From NCBI GenBank assembly GCA_965213705.1, contig OZ243913.1:352001-416000 (forward strand): a stretch of DNA of 64,000 nucleotides. The letters are read 5' to 3'. Shown piece by piece: positions 52,059-62,584 of the stretch (position 1 is the stretch's first letter; each line of letters opens with the position of its first letter). The translations under genes were made by a program, and so were the position numbers. Under the pieces are notes generated by a model. It was given only the letters and a program-made list of their open reading frames with translations, was not told the DNA's origin and did no database searches. This DNA comes from Trueperaceae bacterium (GTDB taxonomy: Bacteria > Deinococcota > Deinococci > Deinococcales > Trueperaceae).

Positions 52059-52754
52059 TCAGTGTGACAGTACGAAAGTCTCGAGCCCCGCAAACCGCTC
52101 ACTCAACAAATGGGCGAGCGCACTCAGGCCCCACACTTCGGAGCGGGTGTGCCCGACCGTCACGACGCCCATGCCCGTCTCCAGCACCGCTTTTTCGGCG
52201 TGAGGACGCCACTGGCCGGTCACGTAGAGGCCCACGCCCCGGTCGCGGGCCTCGAGCAGCAGCTTTTCGTTCATCGCGCCGACGACGGCGACGCGGGTGA
52301 CGGGTCCGCCGCCCGGGTGGGTGCGCTCGAGGCCGCCGAACACTTCGGCGACCTGTGCGGAGGCTGCCGCGAACGAGGTTTCTTCTACCCCGCCCACCAT
52401 GCCGATGCGCCGACCGTCCCTGTAACCGAGTTCTTCGACGCCCTGCAGCGAGAGCGCCGCCGCCAAACGCGGGTTGTAACCGAGCGTCAGTGTGTCGTCG
52501 AAGGGCAGGTGATAGGCCAGCACGCCCACGCCTGCGAGCAAGCCCGGGTCGAAGTGCCAGGGTCGGTGTAAGAAAAGGGCATCGAGGTCGCTCGCCTCGG
52601 CCCAGGCGTAGAGCTTGGGATTAGGCTCCACGGCCAACCCCAGACGTTTTATGTCACGTTCGCTCGGACGGTAAACGCCGTTCGTGTCGTCGGGATAGTT
52701 TTCTGTTGCAAAGTAACGGTTCAGAAAAATAACGAGGCTGTCTAGGCTGGGCAT
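52059..52754 (-). CDS. Nif3-like dinuclear metal centre protein
   Basis: FLHRP, YHLPFD, YVTGQ and GHTRSE. Confidence 0.85.
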   Translation of the reverse strand: MPSLDSLVIFLNRYFATENYPDDTNGVYRPSERDIKRLGLAVEPNPKLYAWAEASDLDALFLHRPWHFDPGLLAGVGVLAYHLPFDDTLTLGYNPRLAAALSLQGVEELGYRDGRRIGMVGGVEETSFAAASAQVAEVFGGLERTHPGGGPVTRVAVVGAMNEKLLLEARDRGVGLYVTGQWRPHAEKAVLETGMGVVTVGHTRSEVWGLSALAHLLSERFAGLETFVLSH

Positions 52755-52837
52755 TGCTCAGTATCCAACCCGACGCTACCCGCGCACCTCGCTCAAGCTC
52801 ACGGTTTGGTTGGTTCGGACCGGCCTAGACTGAGCTT

Positions 52838-53428
52838 GTGGAACCCGTGAATACCTGGCAGGCGCGACTCGAGGATTTGGACACGCCTGCTATGCAACCC
52901 CTGAGCGCGTTCGTAGACACGTTACGCAGCGCGCGGAGCGAGGCCGTCCCCTACCCCGACCCTCAGGACGCCGGGGCAAAAGCCCAAGTTCTTTTGCTGC
53001 TCGAGGCCCCCGGACGGAGCGCGGTCGCGTCCGGCTTCGTGTCCCTAGACAACCCGGACGGCACCGCCCGCAACCTCTCCGGCATCTTGAGCGAGACCGG
53101 TTTAGCCCGCAGCGAAATCATCGTCTGGAACATCGTCCCCTGGTACATCGGCACGGACAAAAAGATTCGCGCGGCGACTCGGCAGGATATTACGGAAGGC
53201 TTGACGTACTTAAGGGACTTTTTAGACCTGCTGCCAGGGCTCGGCACGGTTGTGATGATGGGTAGAAAAGCGCAGCAGGCGCGAGGGTTTCTCGAGACCA
53301 CCCGCCCCGACCTGCGGCTGCTCGAGACTTTTCACCCCAGCAACCAGGCGCTGACGTTTGACAAGAGCAGACGCGTCCACATCGCGGAGACGCTTTCTGA
53401 GGCCGGTGAATTGCTGGCCGAAGATTAG
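52838..53428 (+). CDS. Uracil-DNA glycosylase superfamily protein
   Basis: LLLEAPG, WNIVPW and FHPS. Confidence 0.85.
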   Translation: MEPVNTWQARLEDLDTPAMQPLSAFVDTLRSARSEAVPYPDPQDAGAKAQVLLLLEAPGRSAVASGFVSLDNPDGTARNLSGILSETGLARSEIIVWNIVPWYIGTDKKIRAATRQDITEGLTYLRDFLDLLPGLGTVVMMGRKAQQARGFLETTRPDLRLLETFHPSNQALTFDKSRRVHIAETLSEAGELLAED

Positions 53429-53499
53429 GCCATCGTCTCCGATTGCCTTTGCAAAAGCTCGAGATAAGCTCTCGGGCGAAGGTGGAGTTTTGGCTGTGT

Positions 53500-54081
53500 T
53501 CAGGCCCGGTCTGACGAACCCGGCTCGAGCCGATAGGGAAACAACAGGTCGACGTCCAGAGTCCAGCCCGGTACGGCCGCTTCTGCCCCAGCCCGCTCGC
53601 CGCGGCGGTAGCGCTGCGGGCGTTTCAGCGCGTCCGCGTGGTAGGCCCGCACCACGTCGTTGCTCAGCACGTCCACGTCCCACACGACGAGCGTACCCGC
53701 GCTGAAGTAGTCGGCGCGCTTGTCACCCATCGCCCGTTCGGCTGTCATACCGTAGTCGTTTTCGCCGCGCACCTCCGCGGCAAAAACGGGTGCGCCCTCC
53801 AAAAATTTCATGCCGGTGGGTTGACCTGTGTAAAACGCAGCGTCCGGGCTGAAGGACTTGCGGTTCGGCAACTCAACGACGAAGCCGGTGTTGTCGGCGA
53901 CGGCGTAACCCTTGCGGGTGCGGCGGGCGTACTCACGTAAACCGGCATAAATTTCGCTGGCGGCGTAGCTCGGCAAAAACCCGGTGGGCGATATGCGCAT
54001 GATTGTACCCGCTACGAGTTCGGCTTTTTCGCCGCCGACTTCGTAAAGGTCGTCTATCGTCGCCGCTCGAGTGTCCGCCAC
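53500..54081 (-). CDS. Uma2/DUF820 restriction-endonuclease-fold protein
   Basis: KAELVAG, SPDAAF, AEVR, KRADYFSAGTLVVWDVD and AVPGW. Confidence 0.88.
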   Translation of the reverse strand: MADTRAATIDDLYEVGGEKAELVAGTIMRISPTGFLPSYAASEIYAGLREYARRTRKGYAVADNTGFVVELPNRKSFSPDAAFYTGQPTGMKFLEGAPVFAAEVRGENDYGMTAERAMGDKRADYFSAGTLVVWDVDVLSNDVVRAYHADALKRPQRYRRGERAGAEAAVPGWTLDVDLLFPYRLEPGSSDRA

Positions 54082-54142
54082 GCTTTACTCCTAAAATCCT
54101 AGTCTTAAAACGTTAGCACGCGCGCCCTGTATGCTTTAAGCC

Positions 54143-54817
54143 ATGAAGCTCACCTGGTACGGCCACGCCACCTTTTATGTAGAAGCCCAGGACGGCACGA
54201 CAATCGCCACCGACCCGCACAACCCGGCGACCTCGGGCTACGCGCCCTATACAAAACCCGCCGACATCGTGGTGATTTCCTCGAGCACGGACGACTTTCA
54301 CAACAACGAGTCTCTGATACCGGGCGAGCACGTGCTGGTGAACGCCCTCGAGCTGGCTCAATCCAGCGGGAGTCGCACCGAAAAGGGGATTACCTTCGAG
54401 GCCGTCGAAGCCCTGGAGAACACCGCCCACCGCGGCGGCCATCCCGACCAGAACGGGATGTACCGGTTTGAGGTGGACGGCGTCACTGTCGGCCACATGG
54501 GCGACATGGGCAACGCGCTGAGCGAGACGCAGCTCGAGTTCTTCCGCGGCCTCGACGTGCTTTTAGCGCTCGCGGGCGGTTATCCGGTCATCGGTTTGGA
54601 CAGTCTCAAAATGATGATTGACGAGGTGAAACCCAAACTCGTCGTGCCGATGCACTTCCAAACGCTGCGCCTGAAAACCAACGACGCGCTGTGGCTGGGC
54701 GACTTTTTAAGCCTTTTCGACAAGAGCGACATCGACTTCGCTTGCGACGACACGGTGACGCTGAACAAAGAGGTCTTGCCGGAGGAGACTCGAGTGCTCG
54801 TTTTGGACCACGTTTGA
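54143..54817 (+). CDS. MBL-fold metallo-hydrolase
   Basis: WYGHATF, TDP, HMGD and PMHF. Confidence 0.85.
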   Translation: MKLTWYGHATFYVEAQDGTTIATDPHNPATSGYAPYTKPADIVVISSSTDDFHNNESLIPGEHVLVNALELAQSSGSRTEKGITFEAVEALENTAHRGGHPDQNGMYRFEVDGVTVGHMGDMGNALSETQLEFFRGLDVLLALAGGYPVIGLDSLKMMIDEVKPKLVVPMHFQTLRLKTNDALWLGDFLSLFDKSDIDFACDDTVTLNKEVLPEETRVLVLDHV

Positions 54818-54868
54818 AGGCTGAGCCCCGACGAGCACTCGGTCTCATATACTCGATATACTCGGCTC

Positions 54869-55336
54869 ATGTCTGCTCCACAGACCATCACCGTTCGGCC
54901 TGTCGACGCCAACAACTGGCGAAGCGTGTGCGCGCTTCGAGTGAGCGAGACACAACGCGCCTTTGTCGCCGAGCCGAGCTACTACCTCGCGCTGTGCTGC
55001 TACGACACGTGGAACCCTTTGGCTATCTACTTAGACAACACGGTCGTCGGTTTCATGATGTGGGGCATCGACGACGACGGAAGTTGTTGGCTGGGCGGTA
55101 TTCTCATCGACCAAAAACATCAAAATAAAGGCTACGGGCGGAAAGCAGTACGAGAAGCCGTCACTGTTCTCTCCGAACAAACCGGGGCTACGGGGTTCGC
55201 GCTTTCTTACCAACCGGCCAACGCCACCGCTCGGCATCTTTACGGGTCTATGGGTTTTGTGGAGACAGGCGAACAAGAAGACGACGAAGCCGTCGCCAGG
55301 CTGACCCTCGGCAGTTCCCCGAACTTTACTCCATGA
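54869..55336 (+). CDS. GNAT acetyltransferase (polyamine acetyltransferase-like)
   Basis: HQNKGYGRKA and NATARHLYGSMGF. Confidence 0.9.
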   Translation: MSAPQTITVRPVDANNWRSVCALRVSETQRAFVAEPSYYLALCCYDTWNPLAIYLDNTVVGFMMWGIDDDGSCWLGGILIDQKHQNKGYGRKAVREAVTVLSEQTGATGFALSYQPANATARHLYGSMGFVETGEQEDDEAVARLTLGSSPNFTP

Positions 55337-56156
55337 GCGGCAACTCAACGTCGTAAGCGTCCCAGTTGTCTTTCAGCCAAGCGTGGTCGGGGTCGTCGAC
55401 CGGCGGCGTGGCGCGTTTCTCACCCACGAGCTTGCCCGCGAGGTAGTTTAAAAAGTACATCGTGCTCCCCGGACTCGCCGCGACCGGGTGGTAACCCTGG
55501 GTGACGAGTACCAGGTCGTCGTCCTCAACCCTGAAAACCTCTGCGAACTCGGTCTCGGGGCTGTAGTTGTGGTGGAGGCCGAAGCCGCCCGGTTTGTCGA
55601 ACCTGAAGTGGTAGGTTTCCTCCAGGTAAGGGCTGTTCAAGACTTCGTCGTGCCGGTGCGGCGGCCAGCCCGACCACATGCCGCCGGGCACATAAACCTC
55701 GAATAGGATAAGGCGTTCGGCGGGCAAGGGGTGCGACAGGATGTGGTGGACCTCGCGCACCGCCGCGCCGCCGCCGCGCACCTCGACGCGCATTTCGGCA
55801 GGTTCAAACAGGCGCAGCGGGTACTTGCCTTCGGCGGGCGCGGTGCCGACGGCAAACTCGAAACCTGAGCCGGCTTGGACCTCGAGCGCACAACCCGGCG
55901 GCATGTAAAGAACGTGCGGCTTCTCTTCAAACACGCTTTCCCGCGCAACGTCGAAGGTCTGGCCCTCTACTTTGAGGCTCGCTTTACCCGCCAAAGGTAC
56001 GAGCGCCGCCTCACTACCACCGGTATCAAAACTGTACGTTTCGCCCGCCTCAAGGTTGACAGCCTGATAGCCCAAGTAATCCCAACCGACGGCCTGCGGT
56101 CGAACATCGAATTTGAGGCGGTTTTTTGCGGGCTTCAGGTGATGGTCGTTCGTCAT
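55326..56156 (-). CDS. iolB: 5-deoxy-glucuronate isomerase
   Basis: WSGWPPHRHD, LEETY, GYHP and YFLN. Confidence 0.92.
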   Translation of the reverse strand: MTNDHHLKPAKNRLKFDVRPQAVGWDYLGYQAVNLEAGETYSFDTGGSEAALVPLAGKASLKVEGQTFDVARESVFEEKPHVLYMPPGCALEVQAGSGFEFAVGTAPAEGKYPLRLFEPAEMRVEVRGGGAAVREVHHILSHPLPAERLILFEVYVPGGMWSGWPPHRHDEVLNSPYLEETYHFRFDKPGGFGLHHNYSPETEFAEVFRVEDDDLVLVTQGYHPVAASPGSTMYFLNYLAGKLVGEKRATPPVDDPDHAWLKDNWDAYDVELPLME

Positions 56157-56202
56157 GGTTCGCTCTCCCCTTCAGTTTAAGAATCCCCGCTCGAGTGAGC
56201 CG

Positions 56203-56258
56203 GTAGCTCGTAGTGAGTGGCTTGACAGAATAACCACCTACCACAAGCTACGAGCCAC
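56203..56258. repeat. Imperfect inverted repeat between iolG and iolB
   Basis: GTAGCTCGTAG...CTACGAGCCAC arms with heptamer-like inner units. Confidence 0.55.
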
Positions 56259-56262
56259 AAAC

Positions 56263-57249
56263 CTAAAGCCGCTGCGTTTGGCCGGTTTTTAGGGCGCGGC
56301 CGGCCGCCTCAGCCAACACAAGGGCGCGCTCGCCCTCTGCACCCGAGACTTCCGGCTCGGCTTCGCCTCGCACCACTTTAACGAAGTGCTCGAGTTCCGC
56401 CCGGTAAGCGTCTTGATAGCGCTCGAGGAAAAAGTGCAGCGGCTTTCCGCTCACGACGCCGTTCGCACTGCTTTTGACGAGCGTGTTTTCCAGCACGTTC
56501 CCCACTTGCAACATCCCGCCGGACCCGTGAACCTCGACGCGCTGGTCGTAGCCGTACGACGCGCGGCGGCTGTTGGTGATGACCGCGAGCGCGCCGCTCG
56601 CGAACTTCAAGGTCACAACCGCCGTGTCGATGTCGCCCGCCGCGGCAACGTCTGAACTGACGAGGCTCGAGCCGCTGGCGCTTACCTCGAGGGGCGTTTC
56701 GCCGACGAGCCAGCAAGCCATGTCCAGGTCGTGAATCGTCATGTCTTTGAACAAGCCGCCGGAAACCTCAAGGTAACTCGCACTCGGTGGACCGGGGTCG
56801 CGCGAGGTGATTTGCACGAGTTCGGGCGTACCGACGTCGCCCGCCGCGAGCGCCGTTTTAAGCGCCCGAAAGTGTTTGTCGAAGCGGCGGTTGAAGCCGA
56901 CGAATATTTTGGCCCCGTGTTCGTCTACAACTTGCAAACAGCGCTGCACCCGCGCTGCGCTCAAGTCTATCGGCTTTTCGCAAAAAATCGTCTTGCCGGA
57001 GCGCGCCCCCGCTTCTACAAGGTCGGCGTGCGTGTCGGTCGCCGAGCCGATGAGGACGGCGGGAATTTTGGCGTCGGCGAACACCTCCGCGGCCGTGGCA
57101 ACCCGCGCGCCGTACTGCGCGGCCAACGCCTCGGCGGCAGGAGCGTACACGTCCACGACGGCCGCCAACCGGGTCTGCGGGTGAAGTGCGATGTTGGCCG
57201 CGTGAACCTTGCCGATGCGGCCGGCGCCGAACAGGGCAACGGAAACCAT
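56263..57249 (-). CDS. iolG: myo-inositol 2-dehydrogenase
   Basis: GAGRIG, CEKP, GFNRRFD, DMTIHD and YGYDQRVE; AGGAGG RBS before ATG at 57249. Confidence 0.93.
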   Translation of the reverse strand: MVSVALFGAGRIGKVHAANIALHPQTRLAAVVDVYAPAAEALAAQYGARVATAAEVFADAKIPAVLIGSATDTHADLVEAGARSGKTIFCEKPIDLSAARVQRCLQVVDEHGAKIFVGFNRRFDKHFRALKTALAAGDVGTPELVQITSRDPGPPSASYLEVSGGLFKDMTIHDLDMACWLVGETPLEVSASGSSLVSSDVAAAGDIDTAVVTLKFASGALAVITNSRRASYGYDQRVEVHGSGGMLQVGNVLENTLVKSSANGVVSGKPLHFFLERYQDAYRAELEHFVKVVRGEAEPEVSGAEGERALVLAEAAGRALKTGQTQRL

Positions 57250-57516
57250 AAACCTCCTAAGCTCGAGGCGCAAGTTGCGCCTGCTTGGCTCGAGCGCCTT
57301 CTAGCCTAAAATGTAAACGAGTGTAACGCTCCGCTGTGCGCGCGGCAACAGCCACCGGGAGGACGGAGCCACGAGCAGTGTAGCTGCAAACCTGACCTTA
57401 GCACTCCGGTTGTGACTGGAGTTCTCACAAACGCTTCAAGCCGAAAAACAACCTTGGCGGGTCGACTTCACGGGTGCCCGGACCACCCTCGAGCCGCCGA
57501 GTGGTTTAATGGGGTC

Positions 57517-58410
57517 GTGAAACAAAATCGGCTCGGCACGTCCGACCTGTGGGTGAGCGAAATCGGCTTCGGCTGTATGTCTTTGGGGCCGGACCGGGCG
57601 GCGGGCGTTGAGTTGCTGGAGCGCGCTTTCGACCTGGGCGTCACCTTTTTCGACACCGCCGACTTGTACGACCACGGCGAGAACGAGGTGCTGGTGGGCA
57701 CGGCTTTGGCGGCGGTGCGCGACCGGGTCGTCATCGCCACCAAGGTCGGCAACCGCTGGAACCCGGACGGCGATTGGCGTTGGGACCCCTCGAGCGCCTG
57801 GATCAAAGAAGCCGTGCAGCGCAGTTTGAAACGTCTGCAAACCGACTACATCGACCTGTACCAACTTCACGGCGGCACCCTGGACGACCCCCTGGACGAG
57901 ACCGTCCAAACGTTCGAAGACCTCAAACGGGCGGGGCTTATTCGCGCTTACGGCATCTCGTCGATTCGCCCGCAGGTGATTCGTGCCTGGTTGGAGCGTG
58001 CCGACCCGGCGAGTGTGATGATGCAGTACAGCCTTTTGGACCGCCGTCCCGAAGAAGAGGCCTTGGGCTTGCTGCACGACGCCTCGGTCGGCGTTATCGC
58101 CCGCGGCCCGGTCGCCAAGGGCCTGCTCGCGGACAAAACCGCCGCCGGGTATTTACAGCGCAGCCGGGAAGAGGTGGCCGCGGTGCAGCGGGGTTTGGAA
58201 ACTTTTGCCCGCCCGGGACGCAGCAACGCCCAACTCGCCCTGCGCTACACCCTCGCCGCCGAGGGCGTAGCGAGCGCTGTTCCGGGTGCGAGTAGTCTAA
58301 AGCAGTTGGAGGAAAACGTAGCCGCCGCCGCCGCACCGCCCCCGACGCTGGCGGAACTGGCAAGTCTCCGGCAACTCGCCAAAGCCGAACGTTACGAGAA
58401 GTACCGCTAA
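57517..58410 (+). CDS. Aldo/keto reductase
   Basis: GFGCM, FDTADLY, ATK and DYIDLYQLH; start refined to GTG at 57517. Confidence 0.92.
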   Translation: MKQNRLGTSDLWVSEIGFGCMSLGPDRAAGVELLERAFDLGVTFFDTADLYDHGENEVLVGTALAAVRDRVVIATKVGNRWNPDGDWRWDPSSAWIKEAVQRSLKRLQTDYIDLYQLHGGTLDDPLDETVQTFEDLKRAGLIRAYGISSIRPQVIRAWLERADPASVMMQYSLLDRRPEEEALGLLHDASVGVIARGPVAKGLLADKTAAGYLQRSREEVAAVQRGLETFARPGRSNAQLALRYTLAAEGVASAVPGASSLKQLEENVAAAAAPPPTLAELASLRQLAKAERYEKYR

Positions 58411-58484
58411 AGATAAAGCCTCACCCCTGCGGCAAAAGACCGGGGCAAGAAGCAGTCGCGGCTCTTTTCTTGCAGAAAAATCCA

Positions 58485-58530
58485 GGGTTCAAAAGACTGG
58501 GGTTCAAAAGACTACAGAACTCAAAAACCT
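58485..58530. repeat. GGGTTCAAAAGACT direct repeat, 2 copies plus a degenerate third
   Basis: Copies at 58485 and 58500; GAACTCAAAAACCT at 58517; upstream of the MFS gene. Confidence 0.65.
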
Positions 58531-58586
58531 GGAAAAACCGGGGCTCCTGCACCGCTCGGTCCGCCCCGTGATAGGCTTCGTGCACG

Positions 58587-59966
58587 ATGACGAAACGCCT
58601 TCGATTGGGCGAAAAATTGGGCTACGGGGTAGCCGACGTGGGCGCTTCGCTGACCTTCGTCGCGGTCAACACCTGGCTGCTTTATTTTCTGGTCAACATC
58701 GTCGGTTTGGAGCCGCTTGCGGCGGGCGTCGTTTTTGTCGTGGGCCGCGTGCTCGACGCCGGCCTCGACCCGCTGATGGGCGTCCTGTCCGACCGGCTCA
58801 AGGGGCGGTTCAAGCGCAAGCGGTTTATCCGTTGGGGCGCGCTGCCGCTGGGCATCAGCTTTGCGCTGCTATGGTTGGTGCCGGACGGTTCGCAACTTCT
58901 GAAGTTCGCGTTTGCGCTGGTGCTGTTTATGCTTTTTTCGACGCTGTTCACCGTCGTCCAGGTGCCCTACATGGCGCTCACGCCGGAAATCGCCGCCGAC
59001 TACGACGAGCGCACCAGCCTGACGAGTTTTCGCATGGGGTTCGGCACGTTCGCCTCGATGCTCGCTTTTGTAGTCCCGCCGTTGGTCGTGTCGGCGTTCA
59101 GCCAGGGACCGGACTTGGCGCAGAGCGCGCCGCTCGGCTGGTTCGTCACGGGGGCGCTGTTCGGGGGCATAGCGAGCGCAGCTTACCTGACGATGACCGC
59201 CACCGTCGGCGAGCCCGCACCCAAGTCGCAACGTCCGGAAAGCGTGGGCGCGTCTTTCTGGGCCGAGGCTCGAGCCGCTTTCGCCATCCACGGCTTTCGC
59301 GAAATTTTCACCCTTTTTATGGTCGTGACAACCGGCATCATGATTTTGAACTCTGTTTTGCCGTTTTACTTGGAATCCAGCTTGCGGTTGAGCGCCGACG
59401 CGCAGCCGCTCGTTTTGGGCACGCTGTTCGGGGTCGCCATCGCCGCTTTTCCTTTTTGGAACCTGGTGGCAGCCAGGTTCGGCAAGCGCTTCTCCCTCGT
59501 GGCGGGGTTGCTGCTGCTGAGCGCCGGCACCTTGGCGCTCGTGCTGTTTTCGCCGCCGGGGCGCGTGTCTTTTTACCTGCTCGCCACGAGCGCGCTCGCG
59601 GGGGTCGGGTTTTCCGCGGTGACGCTGTTTCCCTGGGCGATGCTGCCCGACGTCGTCGAGTTCGACGAACTCGCCAGCGGGCGACGGCGCGAGGGCACGG
59701 TGTACGCGCTCTTTACCTTCGGGCAAAAGTTGGCGGGTTCGGTGGGCGTTTTTTCGAACGCGCTGGTCGCTTCGCTGTTCGGCTACCAGCAAGGCGTCGC
59801 GCTGCAAAGTCCGGCGACCGCAAGAGCCCTACAAACGATGGCGGGGCCGGTGGCGGCGGGGGTTTTTCTGCTGGCGATTTTTTTCGTGCTGCGCTTTCCC
59901 ATTACCAAGGCGAGCTACGAAGAAACGGTGCGGCGCTTGAAAAACGCCTCGAGCGCGCCCAACTAG
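58587..59966 (+). CDS. GPH/MelB-type MFS sugar transporter
   Basis: EKLGYGVAD, DAGLDPLMGVLSDR, YDERTSL and AMLPDVVE..RREG. Confidence 0.92.
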   Translation: MTKRLRLGEKLGYGVADVGASLTFVAVNTWLLYFLVNIVGLEPLAAGVVFVVGRVLDAGLDPLMGVLSDRLKGRFKRKRFIRWGALPLGISFALLWLVPDGSQLLKFAFALVLFMLFSTLFTVVQVPYMALTPEIAADYDERTSLTSFRMGFGTFASMLAFVVPPLVVSAFSQGPDLAQSAPLGWFVTGALFGGIASAAYLTMTATVGEPAPKSQRPESVGASFWAEARAAFAIHGFREIFTLFMVVTTGIMILNSVLPFYLESSLRLSADAQPLVLGTLFGVAIAAFPFWNLVAARFGKRFSLVAGLLLLSAGTLALVLFSPPGRVSFYLLATSALAGVGFSAVTLFPWAMLPDVVEFDELASGRRREGTVYALFTFGQKLAGSVGVFSNALVASLFGYQQGVALQSPATARALQTMAGPVAAGVFLLAIFFVLRFPITKASYEETVRRLKNASSAPN

Positions 59967-60819
59967 AGCGTGTTATGAACTAGCCGGAAGAGTTAAAAAA
60001 GGGGCTAAGCGTTTAAGCATGAGCATAGAGAAAGCTAAGAAATGCAGCCCAGCAAGGGTTTCAGGCAGTCGTTCATAGTCACGGGCTAAGCGCCTGAGTC
60101 GGGATGTCCAGGCAAAGGAACGCTCTACGACCCAGCGTCTGGGTAGCAAAACGAAGCCTTTCTTAGCTTCTTCGTGTTTAACAACGAAGAGCCGAATGCC
60201 TTGGCTTTTAGCCGCCTCGGCTGCGTCGTCACCTGTGTAGCCCTGGTCTACAAACGCAACCTCGACGGATTCTCCAGTTATGGTTTGAACTTGCTCGGCA
60301 AGCGCTTCAACCTGATGGCGTTCTTGTTCGTTTGCAGGTGTAACGACAAGGGCTAAGAGTAGACCCAAGGTATCGACTGCCAGATGGACTTTAGAGCCTT
60401 TCTTACGCTTGTGTCCGTCATAGCCCGCACGTTCGCCACTCTCAGGCGTACTTTGTAAGGTGCGTCCATCAAACACCGTCGCTGTTGGGTTTTCTCCTCG
60501 TCCTTTCAGCCGTCTCAGCAGGCTTCGTAGGTCGTGGGTCATCTCCTCGAACACGCCTGCTTTTAACCACCTTTGGCTTTGCTGATATACCGCTTCCCAA
60601 GGTGGGAAGTCACCAGGTAAATAGCGCCAAGGTGAGCCTGAGCGAACCATCCATCTCAAAGCATCAAACACCTCTCGTAGGTCATAACTTCGTTGTGGGG
60701 CGTCTTCTCTGATTAAGCTCAAGTACGGTGCTACAAAAGCCCATTCTTCATCGCCGACATCACTCGGATAACCTTTCCTTGTCATTCTTTAGTTTAGCGA
60801 TTGAGTTCATAACACCCTC
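59966..60819 (-). mobile_element. IS5-family insertion sequence, 854 bp
   Basis: TIRs GAGCGTGTTATGAACT and AGTTCATAACACCCTC (1 mismatch in 16). TA flanks at 59964-65 and 60820-21. Lower GC than the host sequence. Confidence 0.92.
59973..60785 (-). CDS. IS5-family DDE transposase
   Basis: [34 protein letters not shown] and [18 protein letters not shown]; single intact ORF. Confidence 0.95.
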   Translation of the reverse strand: MTRKGYPSDVGDEEWAFVAPYLSLIREDAPQRSYDLREVFDALRWMVRSGSPWRYLPGDFPPWEAVYQQSQRWLKAGVFEEMTHDLRSLLRRLKGRGENPTATVFDGRTLQSTPESGERAGYDGHKRKKGSKVHLAVDTLGLLLALVVTPANEQERHQVEALAEQVQTITGESVEVAFVDQGYTGDDAAEAAKSQGIRLFVVKHEEAKKGFVLLPRRWVVERSFAWTSRLRRLARDYERLPETLAGLHFLAFSMLMLKRLAPFLTLPASS

Positions 60820-61207
60820 TAGACTTTTCTTGAACAGTATCAACTGAGCAGCCCTACGGCCGGTAACTACCGCTGTCCAACTGGACTTTTGCAAGAGGTT
60901 TGATAAACCGGGTGGCGTCGGCAACCTGTCGCCCCCCGGACTCGGACGCGTTTTGCGTACCGCCTCAGCAGAGGTTGTCCGCTCCTGGACTTCAGTCAAC
61001 AAAAAGCGTCGGCTCGCTGAACGCCCTTGTGGGCGCTAACACCGCTTCCCGCGTGCCCGGCTGTCGAAGCGAAAACTTCCGGTGCAAAACGGTTCACCGC
61101 CGGTTGTCAAAAGCTCGGTCGTCTGCACGCAGGATTCGGAATCTCGCCGTGAGGTCGGCCCCTGTACCGTCGCCGTCCTCTTGAGGTTCGCGCCGAGTCG
61201 GCAGACC

Positions 61208-62545
61208 CTAACCGAGAACGGCTTCGCGCGTTTTTGCGTAGCTGTCCAGCAACCGCGCGTAGTCGGCCGCCGACAGCGCCGCCTCCCCCTCTTTTTTGAT
61301 GCGTTCGGCCTCCGCGGCCAAGGCTCGCTGGCAGTGGGCGTCGTCCATTTGCGCCGCCATCTTTTGCACCGCCCTGAGCAAGTATTCCAGGGTCATCACG
61401 TCCGCCTTGCCGTAACTGCGGATGGGTCCGAACAAGCGTTCCACGAGCGGGGCCGGGTTGACCACGGGCACAACGACGCGCAGCTTGTGGTCGTCGTCGT
61501 AGCGGTAGGGTTCGGGCAAGTCGCGCTGCTCCAACAACACCAAATTATCAGCGATGCGGTCCACGCACATCATCGCCGTAAAGGGGTCGTTGATGCCCGG
61601 CGACAGGGCGCGCAGGGCGACCTCCAACAACTGGTCGAACAAAAAGTCCATGTCTTGGTCTTGAGTTCGGCCCGGCCCCAGCGCGAAGACCTCTTCTAGG
61701 TCTTTTTGCAAGTCCGCCAGCTTTTCGCCCGGGTACACTTGCGCCAGCGCGCCCCCCCGCATCACGTAGTCGCCGGGGTTCAGCAGCAGCTCGAGGACGA
61801 GGTCGTGCTCACGAGCAATTTTGAGCAGGCCGTCGTTGTCGATAATCCTCAAGTAACCCCCTTTGGAACTGAACAGCGTTTTTTGCTTGTCCGCAAAGTC
61901 GTCAGGCAGCCGCTCACCTGTTTCGCCCTGCAAACCCTGGCCCAGACTGGCGGGAAAAAGTGTTCTGTCGTCGTAACCGCTCAGGATTTTGTGCGTGAGG
62001 GCGTGGCTGACGCGCGCCAGGATGGTCGTAACCTGAACGCTTTCGGCGGTGTGGTGAATAAAGTAAACGAACGCGCCCAAGTTGACGACCGTCAGGGCGA
62101 CGGCTACCGTGAGCGACAGTTGCGGCACAAAAGCGGCGCTTTGGACAAAGTCGCCGTCGCCCCGCACGGTTCGCAGCACGAGGAGCGAGTACAAAAAACT
62201 CGCCAGGAAACTGCCCAGCACGAGTTGGTTGCCGCGGTCCCGCATAAAGTTGCCCAACAAGCGCGGTCCGAACTGGGACGAGGCCATCGTCAGGACGACC
62301 ATGACGATAGAAAAAGTCAGGCTCGCGACCGACAACATCGAGCCCGCGACGGTGCCGAGCATGGTTTTGGCCCCTTCGGGCTGACTTAAATAGATGAGCG
62401 GGAGTTCAAGGCTCGCGAAGTCGACGCGTTCGTCCAGGCTGAGAGTGAGCAGCGACAACAAAAACGCCCCCAAAATCATCAGGGTCGGCACAAACCAGTA
62501 GCTGGCGCGAAGATACGAGACCAGGTTGCGAAAACTCGCGCGCAC
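61208..62545 (-). CDS. DUF2254-family membrane protein
   Basis: SYWFVP, ASSQFGPRLL and ALRALSPGINDPFTA. Start probably the GTG at 62545. Confidence 0.88.
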   Translation of the reverse strand: MRASFRNLVSYLRASYWFVPTLMILGAFLLSLLTLSLDERVDFASLELPLIYLSQPEGAKTMLGTVAGSMLSVASLTFSIVMVVLTMASSQFGPRLLGNFMRDRGNQLVLGSFLASFLYSLLVLRTVRGDGDFVQSAAFVPQLSLTVAVALTVVNLGAFVYFIHHTAESVQVTTILARVSHALTHKILSGYDDRTLFPASLGQGLQGETGERLPDDFADKQKTLFSSKGGYLRIIDNDGLLKIAREHDLVLELLLNPGDYVMRGGALAQVYPGEKLADLQKDLEEVFALGPGRTQDQDMDFLFDQLLEVALRALSPGINDPFTAMMCVDRIADNLVLLEQRDLPEPYRYDDDHKLRVVVPVVNPAPLVERLFGPIRSYGKADVMTLEYLLRAVQKMAAQMDDAHCQRALAAEAERIKKEGEAALSAADYARLLDSYAKTREAVLG

Positions 62546-62584
62546 CCCTAACCCCGAACCGGAACGCGGGAGCGGCGAGCGGCC

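Noticed and set aside
57311..57330. TGTAAACG as a LacI-type operator upstream of iolG
   Set aside because: Only a half-site, with no convincing palindrome and no regulator gene nearby.
58568..59983. 471-aa alternative-frame ORF over the MFS gene
   Set aside because: Arg/Gly-rich off-frame product; the MFS frame carries all the family motifs.
60822..61207. Possible gene or RNA next to the IS
   Set aside because: The short ORFs lack motifs, and I found no convincing long-range pairing.
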